From Candidatus Omnitrophota bacterium (GTDB lineage Bacteria; Omnitrophota; Gorgyraeia; JAFGGP01), in assembly GCA_016930485.1 (NCBI GenBank), contig JAFGGP010000030.1, positions 2,745 to 66,744 of the forward strand: 64,000 nt of DNA, in the 5' to 3' direction. Of the stretch, positions 1 through 12,700 are shown piece by piece; the stretch's first letter is position 1; each line of letters begins with the position of its first letter. Position numbers and translations under genes: made by a program. The notes beneath the pieces are model-generated. The model did not search any database and had not been told where the DNA came from. It was given only the letters and a program-made list of their open reading frames with translations.

Positions 1-735
1 CCTGTGCAGTGTTCGGATAAAATGTTTGATGAAAATCTTTTCGCTTTTACGGACCCGCGTCCAGTGGCCTTCAAATACCGGGACAACAATACGGTTCACT
101 GCATCGCGCTGGGGGTCGAGCAGATATCCTAATTCTATAGTCCACTGTTGAAAATGGTGGTGCCCCACGGTAAGCATTTTCTCTAACAATACCGCGAAAA
201 CTTTTATAATAGCGCCGCCGACAAAGGTTACACCGAATAATGTATAGATAACACCCCTGAAAAAACTGCGAAATGTCTCAACCATCATATAGACAGGCAG
301 GCCGACTATACGACGCACAACACCTCCCTGATAGGTCCAACGCACCAATCGGCCAACAGGGTTGCGCTCGTCAAATTGGCTGACATCTTTCTGCATGGAA
401 TGGCCAAAAACTGCCACACCCACACCCATTACTATGCTAAATAAGAGATCTGTGGAAAGCGGTAATAATTCAGGATTGCGAAACAACATATACACCAAGG
501 AATACATAGCTATTCCTGTTATCCAAGAGACAACTGCGAATGTTAACCCTCTCCAGTGAGTCCAGTGAACATCCATTTCCTCACCTGCAATAGAAGCGCC
601 GCGGTTTATCCGCTGGCCAGCAGCTTTCAACACTATATGCGCAATAGCAGGAAACGCTTGGAACAGCTTGAGGAGATATATGATAGGGAAAAAAAGCAAC
701 AGGGTTACAGATAGGGACACAACACTCAGCAGCGT
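1..735 (-). other. Polytopic membrane region of giant protein (last part visible)
   Basis: At least 4 hydrophobic ~20-aa stretches: LLSVVSLSVTLLLFFPIIYLLKLF (661-732), LTFAVVSWITGIAMYSLVYMLF (481-546), LLFSIVMGVGVAVFG (~400-450), VIYTLFGVTFVGGAIIKVFAVLL (~185-255). Confidence 0.6.
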
Positions 736-3700
736 GTTAGGCACCTCGCGCAGGCTGCGCGGCCTCAGGTTTTTTAACTCCGCTAAAATCATCCTGCCGA
801 TTTTCCATTGTTTTTTGTCTTTTTGTGACGGTCCTGAAAGGCGCGCGTTTTCTGTATCGGATACCCGGGAATGTGTTTTATCCCGCTGAGTGGCTACCCC
901 GAGAGACCAAAATAACCTTCTGGCAATAAGCCGAAACCGTTCTGCGGCATTCCTTAATGGGGAACGTCCGAACACAAACTCCCCTGTTATACCCTCCAGC
1001 TTAAGGAGCTGCTGGAAAGCCCCTTTTGCCCGGGGTGTTTTCGGCAGATGTGCCCTGTTTAAAAAGACAATATTGCCTGCCTTAACCAGCACTTGACTGC
1101 TGTCCGTGAAATCGGCTATGAGTAATCGACTGTACAAGTTTTTAGGCACAAACTCTGTGTATTCCTCAAAAGGCAAGGAATAAGAAGGAAGAGCCGCATA
1201 GAGAAGCGGGTGTATGCGTTTTGCCTGATTCTCAAGAACCTTGTTAAGGGCGGGATAATCAGGGAGATATATTACATCAGGATCAAATGACCGTTCGTTG
1301 AATTGGCTCTGAAGGTAGAGTACTAAATTATCCTCGTCTTTCAAAGACGCGTTCTTTTCCTGAAGATGATGAATAAGCGGAGTCAACGCATTAACAAGTC
1401 TGATATTATCAGGATACTCAAAAACCGCATCAATTACTGTCTTTACGGCCGCTACTGTTTTGGCATCGACTTCTATCGCACCCCATGAAACAGGTATGGA
1501 CGTAGTTACCGGCAAGCTTACCACAAGTACTGCCGGTACATTATCCACGTCTAATTCAGTTATATCGTCAGGTGTTGTTACGCCTTTAACGGTCAGAAAA
1601 GTTTGTGGTATCGCCCCGGGTGAAAGTGGAGTATTAGAATAATAAATGGAGATGCCGTTTATCCGAACATGCTCAAGCTTGCTGAGATCATTGACTAATT
1701 CATTATTCAGCATAATCTTGCCATCAGGGCAAAACCGCATTCTTTCTTTTACTATCTCGCTTCCGTGCTTTTTATTGATGGAAGACCGGACGCGAACCTG
1801 CGTTCCCGACCGTGATACATTCTGTGCGTGTGGCTCGATCGCCAGACCGAAAGAACCGTTGGTACGTTTAAAAACTAATTTGTATTCTTTGCCTTGGGAA
1901 GCAGTTATTACGGTAATGGTGTCGTCCTTTTTGTTCACAAACTGCAGCCCCGAATAAAAACCCATGCCAAACCGTCCGAAAGTCGCTGCACCCTCCTTGT
2001 CTGTCATAGTCGGGATTAGAAGATTGATGAGCACTTCTTTCAGGGTCATGCCTTTTGCCTGATCAGTTACTACAATATTCCTATTGTCAATCTGCACATC
2101 TATCTGATCAGACTGCCCCGGCACCAGTTTATCTATGCTATTTTCAACAAACTGGGGAATAGCATCGTATTTATCGCGTGTCTGGAAGGTTTTTATATTA
2201 TCAACCAGATCGCGCCAGTAATTACGCTGGCCCGGGGCCTGATTTAAAATCGGCGTAAGGTCCTCTCCGTTGTCAATGGCCTGCATGAGAGTATCGAGTT
2301 GCTGATCATTACTTGCCACAAGAAACGCGATCATATCACCGAGTGGTATAAACTCGGCAGCAGTAGATGGAGCAGCAATCTCATCATCCGTGAATTCCCC
2401 GGGCTGCTGCCGTGTCGAGCCAGTAAACGTCGCCATACCCAGCATGGGTGCTTCCCGCGGAAGGGCGGCAAAGAGATCTGTCAGGCTGGCGTGACTGCCG
2501 AAGATCAGCAGCGCGCACTCGGTCGCTGCCACCATAACAAGCGTTATAAGAAGGATGGTCAAAACCTTGTCTATCGGCTTAAGCGCGCGGAAGCGGGTCC
2601 AGGCCCATTTGAACGGGTTCGCGAAAAATTCCCGCCGGCTTGCCGCGCGGGCGGCGGCCCTCTCCTCAGCAACACGGTTTCTGTCTACGAGGGCGTACAG
2701 CTCTGCCTCGTTGGTCCAGCGCGGCTTCTTCCCCTTAATCTGTCTTGCCTCTTCAGTCGCCGGGGAAACTGTGTCTTTACCGGCCCCGGGCTCTCCCTTT
2801 AGACTTTTAACCCCCGAGGTTCCCGCATCAGCCACTTGACCACTAACCTCGGGGGTTATTGCCTTGGAGGTTGTTGTGGGCCCTTCCGCGCGCTCGGCTT
2901 TTATCTCGGCAAGTATCCGCTCCATCTCAGCAGCGACTCCTGAGGATACCTCTCTTTTGTGGCCAAGGCGAGCCTCCATCGTTTTTATAAAAGCGGCCTG
3001 CATTTCTCTGATATCCTGCATGGAATCCATCTGTTGGAAAAAGTCGTACATCATATCCACAAACTCATAGATCTGGATCTGGTTTATTTGAGCCGGCTCA
3101 TACAGCTTAAGTATCTCATGCATAGCGGTTTTCAAGACCTGCTCCCTGCCGTCCTCCAGTCCGTGCAGTCTTTTCTGCAGACCCTGCATAATTTCAGCGG
3201 TTGAATTACCAAACTGTTCAGGGTCGTCCAAAAACTCCAGAATAACAGGATGGCTAAATATGCTTCCCAGCGTTGTCCCGAAACCGCTGCCCGCTTCCCG
3301 CTCATCACCGGGCACCGCTTCCCATTCTTCTGTCGCATCACTTGGTTGGGCGGTATCGGTCGTCTCGCCTCTCGGCCGGCCGGTGATTTCATCCAACAGA
3401 CGGGAAGCGGCTTTTTCTATATCATCGGTTGTCGCCAGTCTGCCAAAGACAAAGCCCTTACCCTGTTTCTGCCATTCCAGCTCATACCGCAGGGCTTCAA
3501 GGTACGGGCTCTTCGGATCAAATATCCTGGAGACAACTTCTATGTATTTTTCCAGCTTCTGCTTAATCTGTATCCTCTCCAGAAGCGCCACCGTAAGACA
3601 GACATTTTCGCGGATAAGCACTGCCTGGTCCTCATACCCTGTCAGAGGCCCCATAAGCTGATTGGTCAGCGCAACAGTCGCAAGCACCAGAAGTTCATCC

Positions 3701-6700
3701 GCTGTCGCGTCCTCATCAAGCTGCTGCCGCAGGTGCTCAAACGCGCCGATCTGCAGGAGAAGCTGCGGATTTCCTACATTGTTAACCAGTATCTCGCTCA
3801 AGTCACGGTAGTTCGGGTCAAGCACTATATCTACCGTGGCATCAGGCATGACAGGGGTACGTCTTCCGAGCTGAGAAATAACGCCCTTTCGTTTGTCCAT
3901 GGCAAGATTAAGGTACTCGATAAACGCGTCGACAGAAAGGCGCATTCCTGCCATACGCATATTGCCGACTGCCGCGACAAGTCGCCGCAGGCCTGCATCC
4001 TGCAACTGCTCCGGCGTCACCTCAAGCCTGCCCCCGCGCAGCGTAATGCCGGGTATGGTAATCGGCGCGTCGCCTGTCTTGACCCACCCCTTCACCTGCC
4101 ACGCGGGCCCTGTCCGGCCAATGGAGCCGGCAATCAGCTCTGTCACTGCCCGGCCGGCCTCTTTCTCAGCCTGTGCTGACCGCGCCTGCTCCTCTTCCTG
4201 CGCATAATAATCAGCCCCTATCTTCTCAAGACCGGGCCGCAGTATTTCCGCTAAATATTCACCGGTCAGTTCCGGGATCTTCTCCGTGCCTTCGGGCGTA
4301 ACCCTGACTATCTCTTTCATCTCATCGCCGAGGTCATGCGCGCCGGGAAAGTCGCGTATCTGCGCAAGTTCGTGGGCAAGGCTCGCTGTAAACTGCGTAT
4401 GGTCGGCCTGGTATGCCGCGTAATCATCCTCACCGATTATGACCTGATTGGCGCCGGTAAGCACACACCCCTCTATCGGTACTCTGCGCGCCTGTGGTAC
4501 TCCATTGTCCAAAACCATATCCAGCCTCACCATCCACTCCTGTGGGACAACGATGATCTCTCGAGGCAGCGTCTCTGCCGGGCCAAAATCCCCTAACGCG
4601 TCGAGCACGTCCTGCGGCACCTCTCCATGCCGTATCCGGCCGGGCTCTCTCTCCATCCTTAGCTCTATAGCCGCCACATCCTCCTTTGTAACCTTCCGGT
4701 CCTCTGAGTAGTCCCGGTCAGGCGGGTAGAATAACTGGTCAAGAATATTCCTTATCCTCTTCGTTTTTTGCTCTCTAAAAAATTCGTAACCAAGATCCAT
4801 CGTATTCAGCCACCCCAGCATTTTTAGCATCTCCTCATACCGATACTGCTCTACCAGGGCCGGGACAGCGGGATTGAGGTATAATCGTCGAATCAGCTCG
4901 TCATCAAAAAGGTCTTCGTGTTCAAAAAGCACCTCCTCTATGCCTCTAATCAATTTCACAAAAGACTCTGGGGCAGCATCGCTGCGGTCCCAGTCAGCCT
5001 TGAGGGGTTCGATTCCGGCCAAGAACTTCCGTAACAGGTCTGAATCATATGAACGGCCGAGCTGGGTCAGAACGGCGGGGATCCCTTTATTGTCCCGTAT
5101 CTGGGCGCGGTAGTTTTGTTCTGAGGACAGGGGGCCGTTTTCTTGAAGCAGGACGTGCCATATGTGAGCCCCGGTGCTTTCCTTGCCTATCGCCCCAAAG
5201 AGGTGGGCCGTGGCCTCAAGCATGAGGTATTGCTTGTGGGCCGCCTTCATCTCCTCAGGCAAGATTTCTCCCCAGGCACGGAGAACCTCCCCTACACTGT
5301 ATTCGGCAAAAGCACCGGAAAAGTTCTTTTCCGCTGCTGCCAATACCATCCGGTGAACAAGAACGTCATTGGCCATACATTCCGGGATAAGCTCTTTGGA
5401 GAACCAGCCGCCGACACGCTCTTCTCTCCCTGCTCCATACGAACCCGCATATGGCCGCACCATAAATCGTCCTGAGTCGCCATTAAGCCCGATATATTCC
5501 TTTTGTAGCAGCTCGCCCTTCATAGACTTGAAATCATCCGTACCATCATCGGTCAGCTCATCGCGGTATGTTGGTTCATCAAAGCCCTGAGGGTGAAGAT
5601 GCATAACGGTTGAGAGAAAATATCTGCGGTTTGTGGGGTAGAGAGGAAGACGCGGGTTTACATTCGCTTCTAATAGACCCCAGAAGGTTCGCCAGTCTTG
5701 ATAATAATCTTTCTCTCCAACCTCCTTTCCCTGCACTATCAATAGCTTGCCAGCGGCATAGACAATACCAATCTCGCCCTCTTTGTGTTTGTCTTTAAAA
5801 CGCTCTATCTCCTGCCAGAATCTTACCGAAGGCACCGTAATGCCGTTAATCGTCTCGGTGCAACTCTCGAGGTCTACCGCAAATACTGAATCGGCGCCTG
5901 AGAGGCCGATTGCCTTCAGATTATCTAAGGGGAGGAAGGAAGAAAAACTCTTATCGGCGTCTTTCAGCCACTGTCCTTTCCACCATCCACTACTTGCCTC
6001 AGCTGCCATGAGAAGATACTCATTCCACTCGATTAAATCCTCTGCATAGAGGTAGCCGGAGGCGTGCTCTCTGTGCGAAAATATACTTTCTACCCGCTGC
6101 TCGATCGCCTTCTTTGCCTGCTCATCTGCCCGCTCATTCCGCCTGATCGACCCCACGCCGAACATGCCGAGGAGGGGCATGCTCCTATGAGCCCCCGCGT
6201 GAGCCAGTCGACTGCCAACTTCTGGGGTTGAACTCAGTGCAAGGATAATCAGCGCGGTGATTGCCGCCGCGCCCAAGGCGATGCCGGCAACGAGGAGTTT
6301 GTGGTCCCTGACAAAGGCGAGGAATCTCCTGAGGCCGCTCTGCCTGCTCCTCTCCGGCAACGCTAGCGTTTCCCTTTCCGTCACCCTGGCGCCGAGCCGC
6401 ATGACGATAGCGGTGTTATTGTCCGCATTAAGCTGAGAGGTGACCTGCTTTGCATTGTATTCAAACTTTACAATCTGCCTGAATGTTGTCTCGATTTTTT
6501 CTTTAGTCAAGCCGGTGCTGCGTGTGTCGCAGACCCCGTCTGTGGCAAGCAGGATAATGCTATGCGGGCCAAGCTCCACCTCGTCAATGGCAGGCTCCCG
6601 GCTTACTATATGCGCATATCTCCGGTCGCCGAGCGACCTTGTCAGCTGAATCCGCCTTCCTGTACGCACATTCCTGATAAACAGATTGTCGTCTGTGAGC

Positions 6701-9700
6701 ACAACACCTTGAGCCTTAAGACTCTCTATTTCCTCTTTACTTAAAAACCGCGCATTGTGTACAGGGCCTATGTTAACCTCACCGTTCTTATCCCGTATAA
6801 CTGCGGCAGAATCGCCTATGACGCCTCTATAGGCCTTGAGTTCATCGCTCGGCACATAGATAATAGTCAGGGTGGAGCCAGAGCGTTTTTTGCTGACCAG
6901 GCGCCCAAGCTCCTTAAAGGTACGCTCTAAGGCCTTGTGCACATCCCCGGTTTCGTCTTCAAGACAGGTACTGAATATGTAGGCCGCCTTTTTGGAGAGC
7001 AGGCGGGCAGTTCCCCTGCCCCCATGGCCGTCCATTACCGCCATGAACATGCCCTCGCCATGGTGAATGTCCGGCACGCTGACAGGCGTGGTTATGAAAA
7101 AGTCTTCCTGTGTTTCTCTGAAGCCCCGCATGGTGTGCGAGGTGACTGTTGCCGAAACCTCCTGGCCGTCTTTCGGTTTGATGGTGAACTCCCGAAGCGG
7201 GCCGGACGCCTCCTTTGCACCGGCCTGCCACATCCTCCACGCGACAAATATAACTATACCCAGTGTCAGCCCCGCGCCCAAAAGCACCAGCCTCCCCTCA
7301 GGACCCAGCGCGTCCAGCAACCGCCCGATCATCGTCATCATCGGCATCATAACCAGCCCGGCAAGGTTGATGTTCATGCCGGATGTGCTGCTTGCGGCTT
7401 GCACCGTGGCCATCACTTTATCTGTTGGTTGATTATCTGTCTTTCTAGGCATCAAAACCAATCCAGAAGCTGTGGCGGGCGCACTAACCGTTTGAATAAA
7501 TTCACCCACGCTCGGATCATATGCTTGAGATAAAAACAATCTTTCATCCAAGATAACATTCGCTACAGCACTATTGGCCTGAATGCGAACCTGCTCAATA
7601 TCTTTGCGTTCCAGGGCAAGCATGGCAAGTTGCAGATTATCTTCTTCGTAGGGAACAATCCATCGTAATGTATCGGCCGATACCGGCACACCATATTCCT
7701 GCGCTTTACTGAATACTTGCCGTAGAAAAGAGCCAAGTTCTCTGGACGGTACCATAATAAAAGCATTTGCCTCGGTAAGCGGGAGCCCCTCTGTTGCCAA
7801 AACCTCTCCTGGCCAAATCATTATCTGACCTTGTGAAGTACCGGCGGCGAACCTTTCAATAAACCACGGATCTCGCCCTGTAGCAACCACTCCCTCGGCT
7901 CTCCATTTTCTGACCGCATTCCGGGAACCGGCTTCCACACCAGGCTGCCAGCTAAGCGTCATTGATTGTTTATAGTCAAAATCTGACGATTTTTCTCGCG
8001 CCCATTGCCAGGCTTTTTCATACCCCAATTCCATGATTTTACGCCTTATATGTTCAGTGGCTTGAACAGACCATAAAGAATTATCAAATACGGTAACGCT
8101 GTAATCAGCCTTCAATCTTTCAATGTCGTCCATAGCAATGAAGATGCCGAACTCCCCTTCTTCTCTAGGTTTGTGCATCCTAAAATAACTAAATCCCTCT
8201 TTATATCCTTCAGAAAAGCGGGGATGATAATAATGATATGCATTAGGAATATTGCCGTACAATCGTTCAACAGCACCGATCTGAAAAGAGATATCTTCTT
8301 CTATGCCACCGCTTTTTCTCGCTATTCCCCTCTTTAAAACCCGTTCACCTGCTAATTTTCCTAAAAGACCGCTTAGAACAATATCCGCAAGATATTCAGG
8401 CTGCGTAGCGTGGGTAGCGAATATCTGATTAGGCTCGAGTGTAGTGGGAATTGAGTGTATAATGCGTTCCTCTTCGGTGAGCGGTCCGCGCAGAAATCCT
8501 GTTATTTCTTCAAGCATTGCCGTTATCAGAACACTGTCATATAGGGATCTGACACGCTGTAATCCGTCAAGACCATCTTTATTATTCCGGACTATATCTG
8601 ATAAAAGCGTATCGAGATCATCCTTGGATATGCCCTTACCCACCGCAAGAAATTCTGAAAGTGCCCGGTCGTAGTGAGGCACAATAGTTACAAGTGTTTT
8701 CTTTATATCAAATCCCACCCTCATGTGCTTCGCTATACCGGTAATATACTCGTCCGCATGGTGAGGCAGAATTGCACCTTTTTCTTGTAACGCGTCTTTA
8801 ATAAGGGCTAGCAATTTACCTTCGGCCTCCCTGTCTTCTTTAAGATGCCGCACAAAAGATTTCAAGTCTTCCCGGTATAGTTCCATAGCATTTCTTATTT
8901 TTATCAGCCGCCTACCGGCAGGAAATTGTTTGAGCTTCCCTTCAAGCCCTTCCGGTATTTCCGCGCCGGTACCCGAGAGCGATGAAATATCTTGCGTCAA
9001 CTGCTCTAATTCCACCGCGTGATTGTCAAGCCAATACCAGTCCTCAGGAACAGGAAATCCTAACCGTTTTATTTCTTCCAAAATTTCCTCTATCTCGGTA
9101 TATACGCTGCTCTGCAGAAACTCCTGAAATAATCTGTCAGCAGTAGGTTGTCTCTGTATAGTCTCCTCTATCCTCCTCCCCCTCCGCAGCACCAGCACCA
9201 CAGCAACCGTCGCACCCACCACCGCCATCACCACACCCAGTATCATAAAAAGCGTGCTGGCGTCCATGTGCAGCCGTCCAAAGAGCCACGGCAGCGCGTT
9301 GAGCGGGAGGGCAAAACCAAACATGCCCCCGCCATGCACCCGGCCGCGGCCATGCTTGCCGCCATGCCTGCCGCCGCGCCTTTCATCCGGCCGTTGTGCC
9401 GTGCGACGGTGCGCGCCCGGGACAAAATCGCGAATCTGGTTAAACGCGGTAAACGCCTTGCCCTTTTCAATACCCTTATTATGAATTGCTGTTTCTATCT
9501 GCCGCAGTAAATCAGAAATGCTCTCGTTCTGCATCATGCCAAAAGCAATTGTGTTCCCTATCATCTCCTGGTCCTGAGGATTGGTAACAAGCCGCGAAAA
9601 CGCCTTATCGCAAAATAGTGTCCAGAGGCGATCTGAGTAGTACGGGGTACCCCGCTGCACACCCGCCATATCAGCAGGGGTAAGATGTGTTATAACTTCA

Positions 9701-12700
9701 TCAAGAATCTTTTCAAGCCCGCTATGTTGTCCCCGTCTTTCAGTCAAATTGACAAACATGCGTCGCATAAGCTCCTCCCGCGTCTCTACCTGCGGATCGG
9801 CGAGAATGGCGGAAAGTTGACTATCGCTGAGCCCAAAGCTATAGCCGGTCTTTTGCATGCGCGCGGCCGCCGCCCTGTATATATCGGCCGGGCCGTTCGG
9901 AAACTGCTGCGGATGGGCAAACAACCGGCTGCGGGTTGGCTCATCAAGAAAATTATCGCTATTCAGGAATGGTTTTTCTCCGTGCAGCCAGTCATCGGCT
10001 ATCATGCCGGGTACGTCCGCAAGCAGGGCCGCAAAAACCGCCTCCTCGTCTTCGGCATCCTTGGGTATCTCATGCTCCTCAAGAACCATATCAATCACTC
10101 CCTCTACTACCGCTTTGGGATAAATCAACGCATAGGGGGCGTGTTGTTTCAGGTGATCATAAAGCCCGCCTCTGATTATCCGCTGGCAGGCTTGGGCAGC
10201 CTCGGTCTTCGGCCGGCTAAAAAGTAGGATTCCGGCAAGTGCTATGGCACTTTGCTCTTCACGAAAAAGCTGGGGAAACCGTTCAACATAGGTAGTGTCA
10301 GAGTAATCGCCCTTACCCAGGTCATGAAAATGACTCTGCAATTTCTTGAGTACTGCCTCGGCGTCAACCGGGTGTTCGCTCTTAATAGCGTACAAAGCAG
10401 GGGCATGAATAAACCATTCCTGGCCGCAGAGCCACGCGTAGAGGACTTTCGCGTTGTCTAATTCCATCTCGGAAAGTATCTCAGTAGCCGCGATCAGCGC
10501 GTCCGGGGCGTGTACTACCAGGGGCGTACCGGGTTTCCGGTTTTTCGGCATGTTGCTATTCATTTCATCGGCCTGGGCCAGAATATATTTTCGATAGGTT
10601 GGATACATCTCTTCATCCGGTCTTTCGAGCAGGTCTGCCAGGGCACATCCAATTGCCTGTTCAGCCGGCGTACCGAAAAACAGTAGTGAACCGGTAAGTA
10701 TCATAAATGACTCCCAGGGCCGGCTGGCGCTTTCAGTAAGCCACGTACCGAATTCTTTGGGTAGGGTTGCGGTAATAAGGGCCGGGTTTCCCTTGGCATG
10801 TTTAATAGCCGGGGCAAGAAGTATACCGAATTCTGTGTCACCCTGTCCTATGAGTACCCCATACTGCACAATCCAGCCTAGAGGAAGCTTCTGTTCTATC
10901 GCACGTTTCATTGCTCCGGATGCCAAATGCCCTACCCTGGCTGCCTCTGCTTCCTCCTTCGCTGCAAGAGCAGCGCGACGGCATCGTATCAGGCCCTCGG
11001 CAAGCTTGAGCGAACCGTACGGGGAATTGCCAAAGAGTCCGTCTGCTTTTTCAAGCAGCAGTTTCCCCTGAAGCAAACGGTTCGTCTGATCGTCAATCAC
11101 TGCTCCTGTCTGCACCCGACCATCTTTTTCAACAGCGGCAAACAACACCTTCGCCTTACCCAGCTGCGCCTCTGCCATGTGTGGGTGTGACTTGAGCAGT
11201 TCATCATAGATCGCCTCTGCCTCGCTAACCTTCCCCTGCCGCATATAGAGATCAGCCAGGTTTATCTTGAACCACGCTACATAAAGGAGGATCTCGAGAT
11301 CACCGGCGTCTCGCTCAATTTGAACAATCATGTCTTCAAGTGTCTTGACCGCTGCGTCAGGCCGGTGCGCCATAGTCTGGTAGAGCGCCTCGGCAAGGCG
11401 ATAGTCAGGCCCTTTAAGAATGTCGAAAGATTCGCCGAGTTCGAGGATGCGACCGGCGGTCTCGGCATCACCTCGTATCAGATGTACCCGGGCAATAATT
11501 CCCAGCCGGTCCATCAGGAATGAGTCATCGAGCCCGGCAGAACCGTCCTCAATCACTGAGCGGCGCTTCTCAATAACCTTAAGTAGTTCGTCGGTCCGTG
11601 CCTGACCGCCGAAGGCAAGCCCGCTCTCTTGATCCTTCTCCGCTATCCTGTAGTAAAGTGCCAGCTCCGCACACCGCAGGGCCTCACTCAAATTGCCGAT
11701 TTCAAGATAGTAGGCACTGGCATAGCCATACATAAATGAAAACTGGCTGTATATCTGCTGTTTGCGCACCAGTGAAATGCCGGTTTCAATATATTTTTTC
11801 TCGGTTATCTCGGCAAGGAGTGAACGATCGCCGGTGGCAAGAAACTGGTCCCATAACACAGCGGCCAATTTTACTGCTGACAATCCTTTAATGCCGGGTA
11901 TGCTGCACTTCTGTGATTCTCTGAGTGCGGCACGGGCTTCAGCATAGTTGCCGAGCGGGAATAAGGCTGAACCATGGAGAAAGTGGGCATAGAATTTCTT
12001 GTCCTGATCAAACTCCTGTGTTGCGGCATCGGCTGCGGCCTCGGCCGAGGTCTCAAAATCATGCCTTATCAGGTAATGTTGTGACCGCCATATCTGAACC
12101 ATGCCACGGTTTCTGCTCTGGAGCCGGTTATTTGCGGGTGTTTCTGCATTAGGGTATACCTCAGTTGTCCGTTCAGTATCCCTAAGAAGATCGTCAAGGG
12201 CCGCCTGAATCACATTCTCAATTTGTTCAGGCTCTTTACCAGGAAATGTATCGAGAGTAGCCGTTATCATCTGCATCTGGTGCTCGAATATGCTTTCTAT
12301 GTTATCCCGGAAACCTAGGTACTCCCGATCACTCGGCTGGGAGGCTACAAAATGCCATTGCGCTTTCAGGGCTATGCCGTATTGCAGCACAGCCTCTCTG
12401 ATTTGCCGGACACTGTTTTCACCCCCAGGGTGCTCCAGGGCGCTCTGTGTTAATAAGCGGGCCGAGTTAGGGCGGGGGCCAATGGTAAAAAACGGTCTTT
12501 CAGGCACAGGGAGTGTATCGGCATATTCTATAACCATACCGTACGCTGCAAGCGCCTCATCATATCGTCCAAGGTTTTCCAGTGTCATGGCGCGCCAGTT
12601 ATTGAGACGCGCAATCTGCGCCGGGCTTCCGGTCTGTTCGGCCATTTTTAGAAGAAGCGGATTATCAAGAAGGGACCATGTCTTTGGAAAATCCTTGGCT

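Noticed and set aside
3250-4179. 309-aa plus-strand ORF, and the other plus-strand ORFs listed between 362 and 26142 (e.g. 12290-12952, 12968-13510, 21773-22333, 9685-10227).
   Set aside because: They lie antisense to the giant ORF, have R/S/P/A/C-rich low-complexity translations with no motifs, and are the expected shadow ORFs of a GC-rich coding strand.
4351-4377. LAHELAQIRD as a zincin HExxH protease motif.
   Set aside because: The second His is missing (HELAQ), so this is not sufficient for a metalloprotease call.
10306-10332. HFHDLGKGD as an HD-domain phosphohydrolase motif.
   Set aside because: It is a single H-D-x-G-K string inside a helical-repeat region, without the upstream His or downstream Asp pattern.
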